DNA from: Mobula hypostoma
Taxonomy: Eukaryota
NCBI RefSeq assembly: GCF_963921235.1
Contig: NC_086108.1
Coordinates: 69,256,001 to 69,320,000 of the forward strand
Direction of reading: 5' to 3'
Length of the DNA: 64,000 bases
Shown here: in pieces, positions 1-12,985 of the stretch
How the letters are laid out: every line of letters begins with the position of its first letter
Position numbering within the stretch: position 1 is the stretch's first letter
Notes under the pieces: model-generated
Told to the model about the DNA's origin: nothing
Databases searched by the model: none
What the model saw: the letters and a program-made list of their open reading frames with translations, nothing else
Program-made: the position numbers and the translations under genes

Positions 1-299
1 ATTTATAAAAGTTTGTCAGAACTTGTACTTTGTGTTCCCCACTACCATTTATAAAACCCTGGTGCTTATAAGCTGATTGTGGTCGCTCCTGTCATGGATA
101 AATGCATCTGTGACAGGTTGGATGTTCTCTGCTTCTCTCACAACCTTTGGCCTAATTAGGTATCAGTATTCTTCACCTGGTTGGCTGATGGTGTGAGGAT
201 CCCCAAGCTGAGGTCATTGTATATATAATAAGCATAATTAATAGAAAAAAATGGAAATGTAGCAATTAGTGAGGAGGGTGTTCTTATGCTTCTAGAGTG

Positions 300-1125
300 T
301 ATAGGTGGGTGAAATTGGTAGACATGTAGCAAACTAATCCAGAGGAATTCAAAAATCAATCATTTTGACAAGAGAAGTGAGGAAGGTGACATACATTGTT
401 ACGGTGTTAATGGGTGGATAAACAAAAATTTGGGGTGCAAATTGCTCAAAGTTTTAAGAAGGTTGGTAAAGCTCTTGAAAATAAACAGAGGGGAATTTGT
501 GATTTATAAATGGAATTGGAAGAACAAAGACAAAATTGTTATAAAACTTTATAAGTCACTAACTAGGGTGCAGTGCTTTGTCCAATTCAACACACAACTT
601 TCAGAAGGAGATAATAATCTTTAAGGGAGCACTGACAATAGCAGATGAAGCAGTAAATTGGATTTGACATTGGCTCTGTAGGAAAGCCAGAGACTGGTAG
701 AGCAGATGATTGCCTCTAACTGGAAGCCTGTAACTTGTGGTATGCCGCAGGGATCGGTGCTGGGTCTGTTTGCGGATGGCACCAAGATTAGGATGTAGTG
801 GACAATGATGAAGTCTATCAAAGCTTGCAGTGGGATCTGGATGAGTTGGAAAACTGGGTGAAAGGTGAAATGTTTAAGGGGAACATGAGGGGAAACTTCT
901 TCACTCTGAGAGTGTGAATTGAGCTACTAGTGGAGGTGGTGGATGCGGGTTTGACTTCAACACTTGGGAGAAGTTTTGATAAGTACATTGCTGGGGGTGG
1001 TAGGGAAGGCTATGATCCAGGTGCAGTTTGATGGGACTAGGCAGAATAATGATTTAGCATGGACAAGATGGGCTGAAGGGTGAAGGGCCAGATTATGAGC
1101 TGTAGTGCTCTATGACTCTATGTGA
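300..1125 (+). mobile_element. Decayed CR1-type LINE fragments
   Basis: RT remnants (GMPQGSVLG, FADGTK) and a 3' tail ctctatgactctatg. Boundaries approximate. Confidence 0.7.
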
Positions 1126-1539
1126 GGGACTTGGTCTGTGATGATAGCATTATTGGAGAAACAGTTTTTAATGTAGGGAAGCTAAGGGAGATGCAAACAA
1201 AGGGTTAAAAGTTGATTTGATCTGGAATTCACTAACTGTGATGTGGGTGATGATTTTGTTTGCGGTTGAAGGAAACTGGATTTATTCTTAAACTGGAAAG
1301 ACCTGCTGGCTATTCATACCATCTTGTACAGATAATTACTGATCATTTGGAGTTCTCTAACATTTTCTGTTTTAATTTTGGTTTAAATCATCTATTTCTG
1401 GTTTCTTTCTAAGAAAAAGTGGTGAAAAAGTCTCATCTTAAACTAGACAGTCCCCTAGATAGAGCTATTAAATAACTGGTCCGTGAATGGACAGCAGTGA
1501 CAGGTACAGGTAATGGAGCGGACAGTGGGTTTGTGTTCT

Positions 1540-2260
1540 GCCATTGGGAAACAATGGCCACAGACTCCGGTCTCACCCTCACCGAAATCCCCAACAGATA
1601 GCAAAAGCTGGTTCCATCTTGTCATAACATTTCCGTGGGATCTTTTCATGCTGCTGTGGATCGCTGCCATATCTCTCAATTTAATTTTTTCCATTGCATC
1701 AGAACAGTAACCCAGCCCACATAATTGTGGTTTCTTTGATTTCAGTAAAGAACAAATGACACATTGTGCACAGGGATTTGCCAGCATCATTGTCTTCCCA
1801 TGTTTGTAGGCTGCTACTGACTATACTCATCTAACTGTAAAGGCTTCCCTTTAAACACCTCAATCTTTTCATGAGCAGAAAAGGTTTCCATTCCCTGTGT
1901 GAAGTTTATCGTGAACAGTGGGAGAAGTTTCTTCCGGTGAATGTCACCTTTCTGGGGAGCACACATGACTCTTCCATCAGGCAGGCAGACTTCCTGATAG
2001 TTTCAATGGCTGACACTTCAAGAAGGAATGGATCCAGGAGAAAAACAAGGCATCGCTCCACTTTCCAAGTGTATTAATACCAGTGTGTTCTCCAACCATA
2101 GCCAGGGAATGCAGTTGCAGCAAGAACAATGGGATCATTGTGGAAAACGTAGATTCCTGAAGAAGCAGTTTTGTCTGCATCATTTTGGAGAGCAGTACAC
2201 TGCATAGAAACAGACGTGGAGATTTTGTCATGTGTTTCACAGCTTTGCCAATTGAAGACA
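1540..2260 (+). pseudogene. PIF/Harbinger (HARBI1-like) transposase fossil
   Basis: Collinear motifs across frameshifts: GSFHAAVDRCHISQ, GFASIIVFPCL*AATDYTHLTVKA (cf. GAIDCTHI), SRKGFHSL, GSTHDSSI. Confidence 0.75.
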
Positions 2261-2607
2261 GTACTCAAAACAGGAAGAGAGGAGCAAGGAGACCGAGATT
2301 CTGAGAGCCAAGCACAGAGAAAGAAGGAGGAAGTTCAACTCCAAACTTCAACTTCCAGCTGCTCACGTGAAGTGAGCGTAGACTACACAGGATGCGTAGA
2401 AGTCAACAAAATAAATTCCCAAATGTAAACATTGTAATTCATAACATTGAGATGCTACATCACGATGTAGCAGCCAACAGAGCCCAGATGCACATAAAAT
2501 CTCTTAATAATACCCTCTTGAAAATAGGAGACTGGTTAACTAACAGGTAGCTGGAGTTGGCATAAATACTGTACGTCTTTTCCTTTACGCCAAGTGTAAT
2601 TCATTAG

Positions 2608-2844
2608 TATTGTGTATATAATATCTGAGTAATCTGCATGTGTATATATATTGCTTAAGCATTCTTGTTCATTTCAATAATTCATTATGGGTTATATGTA
2701 TAAATACGTGAATTGCGTACGCCATCATGCTACCTTGTGATACTTGTGCGCCTCACTTAAAATAAACCCGAAGTTAGACTCATTTCGGATTCCCATATCT
2801 TCTGTTTGAATTAGTGTAATGTTTTGAAGTTACAAAACATAACA
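2608..2844 (+). mobile_element. Probable solo LTR inside a decayed CR1
   Basis: Imperfect terminal inverted repeat tattgtgt...acataaca, internal TATAAA and AATAAA. It interrupts CR1 RT sequence. No clear TSD. Confidence 0.45.
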
Positions 2845-3634
2845 GTGGAGTACCCCACAAGGATCATTGCTGAGTCTTCACCATTTAATGTCTATATCAA
2901 TGACTTGGAGGAATCATTTAGTTGTTGACAGGTTCATTGAGGACGCAAAGAAGAGTGGGAAAGTCAGGTGTGAAAAAGTCACAATAGTTTGCAAAATCAC
3001 ATAGGTGGGTTAAATGCATGCGCAAAAATTTGGGCATTGATTTTGTAAAATGGAGAAGTGGAACTTTGTTTTAATGGTGAGGGGCTACTAAGTGTTGTAG
3101 GATCTCTGACTTCCTACCTATTACATGTAGGCAAGGTAAGTGAGTTGTAAAATAAATGGAGTGCATCAATCTTTATTGTGAAAAAATAGAGAAGAATAGC
3201 AGTAATGTCTTGATATAATTTTGATAACATACCTGAAGTACTGCATACAATTCTGGTCTCAACTGATTTGTAGGCAGTTCAGAGAATATTAACTAGGTTG
3301 CTTTCCAGGATGAAAGTTTGCATATGAGGAAAGGTTAGACCAAAACACATTAAATTTAGAATAGAAAGTTAATCCCATAGAATAAAGGTTCGAATTGGCT
3401 CTGAAGGACGGTGTGACTGTCTGCATTATTCAGAGCTTCATAACTGGAATAGAAAATAATGTGTTGAATGCTTAGACTCATAGGGTGATAAGTAAGGACC
3501 CTGTTATGTCAAGGCAGAGGGTACAGGGTTAGGGTAGAGGCATATTTGTAGGAAATGGAGGAATTATGGATGAGGACAGCATTGATCGTAGAGGAATGGA
3601 ATCCCCATTTTCCTAAAAAAAAAGAGGTTATCTT

Positions 3635-4278
3635 ATTTTTTATGCTCTGTCCGCCAGAGAGAGCAGGATCTCCCAGTGGCCACACAGTTTAATTCCACGA
3701 CCCATTCCTATTCTGATATGTCTATCCATGGCCTCCTCTACTGTAAAGATGAAGCCACACTCAGGTTGGAGGAACAACACCTTATATTCGGTCTGGGTAG
3801 CCTCCAACCTGATGGCATGAACATTGACTTCTCTAGCTTCCGCTAATGTCCCACCTCCCCCTCGTACCCCATCCATTATTTATTTATATACACACATTCT
3901 TTCTCTCTCTCTCTCTCCTTTTTCCTCCCTCTGTCCCTCTGACTATACCCCTTGCCCATCCTCTGGGTTCCCCCCCCCACCATTGTCTTTCTCCCTGGTC
4001 CTCCTATCCCATGATCCTCTCATATCCCTTTTGCCAATCAACTTGCCAGCTCTTGGCTCCATCCCTCCCCCTCCTGTCTTCTCCTATCATTTCAGACTTC
4101 CCCCTCCCACTTTAAAATCTCTTACTATCTCTTCTTTCGGTTAGTCCTGACGAAGGGTCTCGGCCCGAAACGTCAACTGCACCTCTTCCTAGAGATGCTG
4201 CCTGGCCTGCTGCGTTCACCAGCAACTTTTTATGTGTGTTGCTTGAAATTCCAGCATCTGCAGATTTCCTCGTGTTTG
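3635..4278 (+). mobile_element. Penelope-like element 3' end (GIY-YIG C-terminal region plus pLTR)
   Basis: Encodes SPVATQFNS...LRLEEQHLIFGLGSLQPDGMNIDF. 13-bp TSD aagaggttatctt at 3622-3634 and 4279-4291. Inserted into an older antisense Penelope-like remnant. Confidence 0.85.
4142..4179 (+). ncRNA. Minimal hammerhead ribozyme motif (one helix I mismatch)
   Basis: TAGTC-CTGACGA-AGGGtctcggCCC-GAAA-CGTC-AACTG. Confidence 0.7.
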
Positions 4279-4354
4279 AAGAGGTTATCTTGGATGTCCT
4301 GGAATGGAAAACCTCATCCTGCAAAAAAGATGCAGCAGAGATGAAGGAAGAAGA

Positions 4355-7300
4355 ATCAGATCAAGTTTAATATCGCTGGTGTATGTCATAAAATTTGTTG
4401 TTACGCTCCAGCAGTGCATTGCAATACATAATAACAAAAACTATAAATTACAGTAAGAAGTATATATATTTTTAGAAGTTAAGTTAAATATGTAGTACAA
4501 AAAGAGAAAAGAAGTAGTGAGGTAATGTTTATCAGTTCAATATTCAGAAATCTAATGGCAGACAGGAAGAAGCTGTTCCTTAATTGGTGAGTGTGTGCAC
4601 TTTCAGACTCCTGTACCTCCTCCATGATGGTAGAAATGAGAAGAGGGCATGTCCTGGGTGACGGAGGTCCTTAATGATGGCTGCTGCCTTTTTAAAGGTT
4701 CAAAGGTCAAATTTAATGTAAGAGAAATGTATACAATATACATCCTGAAATGCTTTTTCTTCACAAACATCCACAAAAACAGAGAAATGCCCTAAAGAAT
4801 GAATGACAGTTAAACATGAGAACCCCAAAGTACCCCCCCCCAGCTCCCCCCTCCTCTGTGTAAGCAGCAGGAAGCAACAATCCCCCCTCCCCGGGGCAAA
4901 AAAATGCCCATCGATACCATCATCGAGCCCAAGAGTGTGCTGAACAATAGCAAAGACACGGACCAAAGTTACCCCAAAGGCTTTGCATTTCATCCGACAT
5001 TTGAAAAACCACAGGTTCTCTCTCTCCCTGGCAAGGGAGAGAGAGGTGTCCCCCATTTTCACAACAAGCGGGAGACATAACAACAACCTGCTGGTTTATG
5101 ATGTTAAAAGTCCGTTTCATCGCTTTTTTCGAGCTCTGTGTCCAAGGATCGCAAAGATCTCGGGTCTTCAGGCGACAGCAAAAGATTTTTCGGCCTCCCC
5201 GATGACACACAAGTCTCCTGCTGTGACACCGACCCTCGATCCGCCCGTCTCCAGAGCCCCGAGATCTTAGGCTTTCGAACACGAGACTGTCAGGCCAAAC
5301 CCTTGGCATGTCGAATAATGGCCAGTCGTGGAACCCCGAGAACGGGTCCCATTCCCGCAAAGAACTGAAGCCTACGTGTAACTCCAGATCAGGGTCTTCA
5401 AAAGAACCCTGAAAGGGAACAATAAAGATATTAAAGGTGGAAATAAAGCTGTTTCTGAAGATGCAAGCAAAGGAGTGACCGTTAGGCGCCATGAGCCCTC
5501 CTAAACTCTGCCATCAGCTGATGCCTTTTTGAGACATTGCTCCTTGAAGGTGTCCAGGATGCTGGGAGTCCAGTGCCCGTGATGGAGATGGCAGAGTGCA
5601 CAACTTTCTGCAGCTCATTTCAATCCTGTGCAGTACCCCACCCCTGTACCAGGTGGTGATGCAGCCTGCTAGAATGCTCTCTGCGGTACATCTATAAAGA
5701 CTTGCGAGTGCCTTCGGAGACATACCAAATCTCCTCAAACTCCTGAAGAAATATAGCCTCTGCCATGCCTTCTTTGTAACTGCATTGCTATATTGGACCC
5801 AGAAGAGATCCTCAGAGACCCAGGAACTTGAAATTGCTCTCCATTTCTATTTCTGATCCCTCAGTAGGGACTGGTGGGTGTTCCCTCATCTTATGCTTTC
5901 TCAAGTGCACAATCAATCCTGTAGTCTTACTCATGTTCAGTGCAAGGTTGTGCTGCAATACCACTCAACCAGCTGACCTGTCTCGCTCCTGTACGCCTTC
6001 TCGTCACCATCTGAAATTCTGCCAACAATAGTTGTGTCGTCAGCAAATTTATAGATGGTATTTGAGCTGTGCTTAGCCGCACAGTCACAGGTGTAGAGAG
6101 AGCAGAGGAGTAGGCTAAGCACCCAGCCCTCATCCTTAAGGTGAACCAGTGTTGTTTATTAGAAAGATGGAGGTGTTATTTCCAATCCGCATGGACTGTG
6201 GTCTTCCAGTGAGGAAGTCGAGGATCTGTTTGCAGAGGGAGATACAGAGGCCCAGGTTTTGGAGCTTTTTGATCAGAACTGAGGGTATGATTGTGCGGTA
6301 GTCAATAAAGAGCAGCCTCACGTAAGTATTAGTATTGCCCAGGTGACCCAAGGCCGCATGAAGAGCCAATGAGATCTCATCCACTGTAGAGCTATTGTGG
6401 CATTTAGGAAAATTACAGTGGGTCCAGGTGCAACCGGGGCCTTTCACCTTGTGAGGGTTCACCCTCTTGAAAGACATTCTGACGCTGGCCTCCAAGACAC
6501 AGATTACAGGGTCACCTGATGCTGCAGGTATCCTCATAGCTGAAGTTTTATTCTCCCTTTCAAAGTGTGCAGAAAAGGTGTTGAGCTCACCTGGGAGTGA
6601 AATGTCACTGCCATTCATGATGTCAGGTTTCACTTTGTGGGAAGTAATGGCCTGAAAACCCTGTCAGAGTTGACGTGCACGGATTCCACCTATAACCTCA
6701 ATTGGAATTGTTCTTTTGCTCTTGAGGTAGCCCTCCACAAGTTGTACCTGGCCTTCTTGTATAGTCCTGGTTCACCAGACTTGAGTGCTACAGATCTAGC
6801 CCTCAGCAAACTACAAATCTCCTGGTTCATCCGCAGCTGTTGATTTGGGTATGTAAGGTTTTTATTGAAGGCACACACTCATCCTCACAGTTTTTAATGA
6901 AATCAGTGACAACTATGGCATACTCATTCAGACTTGAAGATGAATCCCTAAATATTGTCTAGTCCACTGACTCAAAGCAGTCCTGTAAGTGCTCCTCCCC
7001 CTCCCTTTTCTATCCTTTCTTGGTCCTCTCTACTGCTGCTGCAGTCTTCAGTCTTTGCCTATACTCTGGGAGTAGAAGTACAGCCAGGTGATCAGACTTT
7101 CCAAACAGTGGGCATGGGATGGCATGGTAAGCATTCTTGATGGGAGTGTAACAGTGGTCCAGTGTGTTGACTCCTCTGGTTCCACAAGTGACATTGTTGG
7201 TGATAATTAATTAGGGACTTTTTCAGGCTGGTCTGGTTAAAACCCTCCAAAGTTATAGGAAAGGCATCAGGATGTGTTGTTTCATGCCTGTTAATCACGT

Positions 7301-7470
7301 CGCTCAGTTCATTTAGAGCCTGAGGTGGAACGTACACCTCTACCAGGATGATGGCTGAAAACTCCCTCAGCGGATAAAAGTGGATGACACTCGATCACTA
7401 GATGTCCCAGGATGGGTGAGCAGGACTGGAGATGAACTGCCACATTTGTGCACCAAGAAGAGTTAATCAT
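4355..7470 (-). mobile_element. Degenerate Rex1/Babar-like LINE, interrupted at 4698-5505
   Basis: RT motifs VRLLFIDY and KFADDTTIVGRISDGDE, with endonuclease remnants near 7100-7460. Confidence 0.8.
4698..5505 (-). mobile_element. ~0.8-kb non-autonomous retroelement, copy 1
   Basis: Shares its 5' end (atggcgcctaac...gcttgcatctt) and 3' end with 19640-20465. No recognisable coding motifs. Confidence 0.7.
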
Positions 7471-7479
7471 AAAGCATAC

Positions 7480-7690
7480 TCCACTTTCTCTGTCCTTGAA
7501 ACTTTGAACTGAGAGAATTGAATAGCATTCTTACACGTGACAAGGTAGGAAGAGGTATAGTCAAGGTAACTGCGGGAGTCAGAGTTTGTGAAAGGTGTCA
7601 ATAGAAAATGGAAGCAAAGATCAAGAAAAGGGAGAGAGGTGTCGAGAGTTGAACTAGGTAAATTGGTGCACAGAGTAGAAGATGGAGGCA
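7480..7690 (-). mobile_element. Penelope-like RT fragment
   Basis: SLPFLDL...SYLDYTSSYLVTCKNAIQFSQF. Confidence 0.7.
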
Positions 7691-8390
7691 AAATGAGGGA
7701 ATAACTTTTGGGAAAAGATGAGAAAACATACCTGTGTATCAGAAAATGAGAAACTACCAGTTATTAAGGAGCACAATGAAGGAAATCATAAGAAGTTGGG
7801 AATTAAGGAATACAGTAAAGTAAATCTTCAAAAGTAGCTTCTTGGTTCAACAGTGAAATTCTAAGGGTGCAGAATTCAACATGATTTTGCTCCTTCAGAA
7901 TTTGCATAGGATCACATTTTCTCCGGTCTTCGTGTACAATGCACAGTTTTATTCTTCATACAAAACTGCATTGTAAAATTTTTTTAAAGATTAGAAAATT
8001 TTACTGCTACCTTAGAGGTTAGAAAAATTCTGAAAAAATGAACAAGTTGGAACTTGCTCCTTTTGTGAAAGGAGGTCCACAGGAATTCTTGAATGAGCAG
8101 ATAGAATGTTCAAGGATAGTACATCATATATTTCAATTTTATAAGAATAGATCAGGACAACGATTGAGGCAAAACAGTTGAACGAACATCAAATTTATCT
8201 AAAACAAGAAGTAGAGAGTAAGGAAAGGAGGTTATTTAGAATGAATTAGTTATTTTGGGATTCATGACGATCGATTTTTGGATTCTCCCAGAAGAGAATA
8301 CAAAAAACCAAAGATTATAAAAACAACATCATTACTCATCAGTTCCTTAAAGATGCCAAGAGAAATAACTCAAAATAATGATTAGAAAGT

Positions 8391-11300
8391 CTGGGTGGCC
8401 ATTCCCACTGCATCATTTTACGCACATACCTGGAGGCCTTAAACTTTGCAGTTTTTTCATGTAGTTTTTGTAGTTTTTTTGGCTAGTCTATACTGATATT
8501 TCATTTTCTTGTTTAATTATACGGTCTGTTGTAGGTTAACGGTTTTCTTTATATATACCTGTTTTTTCTTTGTATTATATCATTTTTGCTTTAATCGGTG
8601 TACTTTTTACTCTTTTACTGTTTTATAACTTTAGCTGATCTTTTTATATATACACTTTTTTTTAGTGAGCATCTATCGGAAGTCATGGGGGTAGATCTAG
8701 TGCTTGCTTCTTTCTGGCTAGTCTATCTTAGATTTAGCTTTGAGGTTACAGGGTGGGGGGTGGGGGGGCTTCACTTTTTAGTTTTTCTTTCTTCTTGGGC
8801 TATTTATATTATTGAAGTATTTGTCGCGTCCTCTTTCTCGCTATCTCATGTTTATTCTGTTCCCTTTCTGGGTTTGTGGGTTGAACCTATTGTCAATCCT
8901 CCTTTATTTGAGGGTTGACTTTAGGGATTATGGAGTCTGCTATTAATTTTGTCTCTTGGAATACTAATGGTCTTAATCATCCAATTAAAAGGGAAAAAAT
9001 CTTTAAAGGATTCCGGAGACTTAAAGCACATATACTATTTTTACAAGAGACCCATGTGCGGAGGGGGGACAGATTACGTTTTTTTAAGTTCTGGAAGGAT
9101 CAACACTTTCATTCGAAGTCCAACGCCAAAATTCGAGGAGTTTCTATTTTTATAGATCCCTCAATCACTTTTGTGCAACACGATATTATTTCTGATCTGA
9201 ATGGTAGATTTCTATTGGTTAGTGGTTTACTCTTTAATAAAGAGGTAGTTTTGGTTAATGTCTATGCTCCAAACTTGGACTGTCCAGAATTTTATAAATC
9301 ATTATTTAATTTGTTCCCGAATTTGAATGAGTTTTCACTAATCTGGGGCAGAGATCTTAATACTTGTTTATCCCCATTATTGGACCGTTCGACTCTACCC
9401 AATAAATCCGCAACCTTGATTAATTCATTTCTCTCAGATTCAGGATCAATGGACATTTGGCAACTTTTGCATCCCCAGGAAAAAGACTTCTCTTTTTTTT
9501 CACATGTTCATCATTCCTATTCAAGAATTGATTTTTTTTTTATTGACTCTCATCTTATTTCTTCAGTGGTTAAATGTGAATATAACTCTGTAACCATTTC
9601 GGATCATGTTCCACTTAAGCTTTCTATTAAAATATTGGCCAATACACAAAATAATAGACAATGGCATTTTAATTCATTGTTGCTTCAGGACTTGTATTTT
9701 GTTAACTTTATGAATGAACAGATTGATCTCTTGTTTACAATTAACTGTACAAAGGATATATCCATAAACACCCTTTGGGATACTTTTAAAGCTTGTATCC
9801 GTGGCCAGATCATCTCGTACTCTGCTGCTTTGAGGAAAAGGTTGAAGGAGGAGGAGTTGGTTCTTGTGGACAAGATTAAGGAAATTGATAAGAAATATGC
9901 TACAGCTCCCTCTGAGAAGTTGTATAAACAAAGAACTGAACTTCAAATGGAACACAGTTTATTACTTTCATCCTCTATTGAAAATCAATTAATGAAAACA
10001 AGAAGCGAATTTTATATACATAGTGACAAAGTTGGTGAACTATTGGCTAATCGGTTGAAGACTATACTAAATTTCAAATTAATCAGATTTGTAATCAAAA
10101 AGATCAACTGACATTTGATCAAGCTGAGATTAATCAATCCTTTTTTGACTTTTATTCCTCTTTATATCAATCAGAGTCTCCACGAGATTCTAAACATATG
10201 TATGACTTTTTAGATAACCTAGACTTCCCTAAGATTTCACACGATATATGTTCTATGTTAGACACTTCCTTTACCACTGATGAGATTAAGAATGTTATTT
10301 TTTCTATGAACCTGGGGAAAGCTCCTGGTCCTGATGGGTTTACCGTGGAATTTTATAAATTTTTTGCATCCTCATTAATCCCTTGGCTATTCAGGGTTCT
10401 GGAGGCCTCATTAAAACTTGGTAAACTACCCGAATCCTTTTATAGAGCATCGATCTCTTTAATATTAAAGAAGGATTTTTATATATATTTCAGGCATTAC
10501 TGATTTTTGTTCCAAAATCCTTTTTTGACAAAGTTGACTCTAAAATTTCTTCATTTATTTGGCACAATAAAAACCCCAGACTGGGTAGAATACATCTACA
10601 GAAAGCTAAGAGAGTTGGAGGCTTGGCATTACCTAATTTTAGATTCTATTATTGTGCAATTAATATTCAATACATGAAATTTTGGTTACTTGATCAAGAT
10701 ATACTATCCATTCCTAATTGGGTAGTATTGGAATTACAATCTGCTCAGGGTTACGCACTTGGCTCCATTTTAGGTTATTCTCTTCCTTTCGATTTGAAAC
10801 GCCATAAACGGGTTTGTAACCCGATAGTTAAACATACCTTACGCATCTGGTTTCAATTCCGAAAATTTTTTGATCTTAATCAATTTGGGCTAACGATTCC
10901 TATTTTAGGCAACATATTCTTTCCCCCCTCTTCTACGAACCATGCCTTTCAAATTTGGAAGACCAATGGTATATCACGGTTTTTGGATTTATTTTTAGAT
11001 GGCTCCCTTATGTCTTTTGAACAATTATCTGTCAGATAGAACTTACCAAGAATACATTTTTTTAGATATCTCCAAGTTAGAAATTTCCTAAGTACCATAC
11101 TTTCTTCCTTTCCGGCGTTTCCCCCTACATATATTTTAGATATTATAATTAACCTTAACCCGTGTCAGAAAGGTGTAACAGCTATTATTTATAATACTAT
11201 CATGAAACTTAGGATAGCTCCATTCGATAAGATTAGGTCCGATTGGGAAAAGGAATTGGGTTTTACTATTTTGGCGGATGACTGGGCGCATATTTTACAA

Positions 11301-12193
11301 CTAGTCAATACTTCCTCTATCTGTTCCAAACATTCCCTAATTCAATTTAAAGTTGTTCATAGAGCACATATGTCTAAAGATAAATTAGCTCGTTTTTATT
11401 CTCATATTAACCCTCTTTGTGACATGTCATGGGGAGATAGCTTCCTTAACTCATATGTTTTGGCCCTGTCCTACTCTGGAAATTTTTTGGAAAGACATTT
11501 TTAATATTATCTCAAAGGTATTGAATACAGATATTTCTCCCCATCCTATTACTGCTATCTTTGGATTACCTAAAATTTCCACTAATCTTTCCCCTTCAGC
11601 CCATAGAATGATTGCATTTCTTACTTTAATGGCAGAAAGATGTATTTTACAACATTGGAAGAAGATTAACGCCCCAACTATGTTTTTTTGGTTTTCTCAA
11701 ACGATACTATGTTTCAATCTGGAAAAAATCAGAAGTAATCTTTATGATACTTCAGTTAAATTTGAACAGACCTGGAGATCTTTTATTCAACATTTTCATT
11801 TAATGTAACTTTTTTTTTCTCTTTGACCATATTTACATTCCTTTCTTGGTTTTTAACTGTTATTAATGGAGGTTGGGTTTGAGGACCTGATTGTTTAAGT
11901 TGTTTAAGTCTACTTGGTACCTCTTAGCCCATTGCTTTGCTTTGTTTTTTTTAGATTAGTTGCACGGTGGGTTTTTTTTTGGGGTCTTTTTTGGGTTTTT
12001 TCTTCTCTTTATTGATATATATGGAAAATTAGTATACTATTATATTACCTCATTATTTTATAACTAAACTGCACTGCTTGTACATTTTTATGTATTAATA
12101 TCTCTTGTAAATTTATATCGCAACAGTGTATTAGTTTCTATATGTTTTACCTTTTGTGTACTAATTCAATAAAAAGATTTAAAAAGAAAGAAA
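8391..12193 (+). mobile_element. 5'-truncated L1-clade LINE with internal RT deletion
   Basis: APE endonuclease (VSWNTNGL, LQETH, NVYAPN, SRIDFF, SDH), KAPGPDGF, C-terminal zinc knuckle (HMFWPC), AATAAA plus A-rich tail. Likely TSD agaaagt. Confidence 0.92.
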
Positions 12194-12848
12194 GAAAGTG
12201 GACATTACTACGGCAGGAAATGGTTAAGAGAAATAGCTTAGATCCCTTTAAACAAAAGTTATGTAAGGATTTCACAGAGATGAGAATTAAAAGACACTGA
12301 AAATTTGACACTTTGAATAAGTTGAATGAAACTGCATAAATTTTATGATAAGTAAGGGTACAAGCATAGACCAGTTGAAGAATATGACTCTTGTGAGGTG
12401 TGTGTGAGCTCTAGCCAGATCAGAATAAGTTCTTCACAGTCATAGACCTGAAACATTTTCCAGACCAGATGAAAGGTCTCAGCCCAAAACTTTGACTGTT
12501 CATTTCCTTCTTTAGAGGCTGCCTGATCCACTGAGTTCCTCTAGCCTTTTATGTGTGTTGATTCTGAAACATTGACTGCTTATCTTTGTTCAGAAGTTGC
12601 CTAATCTACTGTTTATTTCCAGTATTTTCTGTTTTTGTTTCAGATTTCCAGCATCTGCAGATTTTTATTTTCAAAGATTATATACTCTTAAAATATAGTT
12701 ACAGAATTACATGTATTTTGCAAACACTGTCTGTAAAGGATTTTTTTTATTGCAGTTTAGTAATTGGAGATTGATAAGAACTCTGAAGAGGAACAACAGG
12801 AAACAGGGAAAATGTAATTATAATTAAGACATTTTTTTTTATTTATAG

Positions 12849-12985
12849 GGATAAACTATGGTGCAATGCACCAGGAACTCCATATAATTATGTTGAAGTA
12901 ACTCTACAAAACCTTGGTGAAAATAAAAAAATTATTAAAATGGTTAATATTGAGCCACTTAAGTATCGAGGATATGATCCTTCAG
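12849..12985 (+). CDS. Internal exon A of unidentified EGF/TM membrane protein gene (ectodomain)
   Basis: Polypyrimidine tract plus TAG acceptor and GTAAG donor. Open frame DKLWCNAPGTPYNYVEVTLQNLGENKKIIKMVNIEPLKYRGYDPS. Phase 2 to 1, compatible with the EGF exon. Confidence 0.7.

Noticed and set aside
8152..8217. Possible exon ending in gtaagg
   Set aside because: It lies in decayed CR1-like sequence, has a poor acceptor, and its phase does not fit exon A.
8598..8918. Hydrophobic 106-aa ORF as a membrane protein
   Set aside because: This is the T-rich L1 inter-ORF spacer; the hydrophobicity is compositional.
12461..12498. Additional active hammerheads here and at 62006-62042
   Set aside because: The conserved core is mutated (CAGAUGA), and GAAA or helix II is disrupted.
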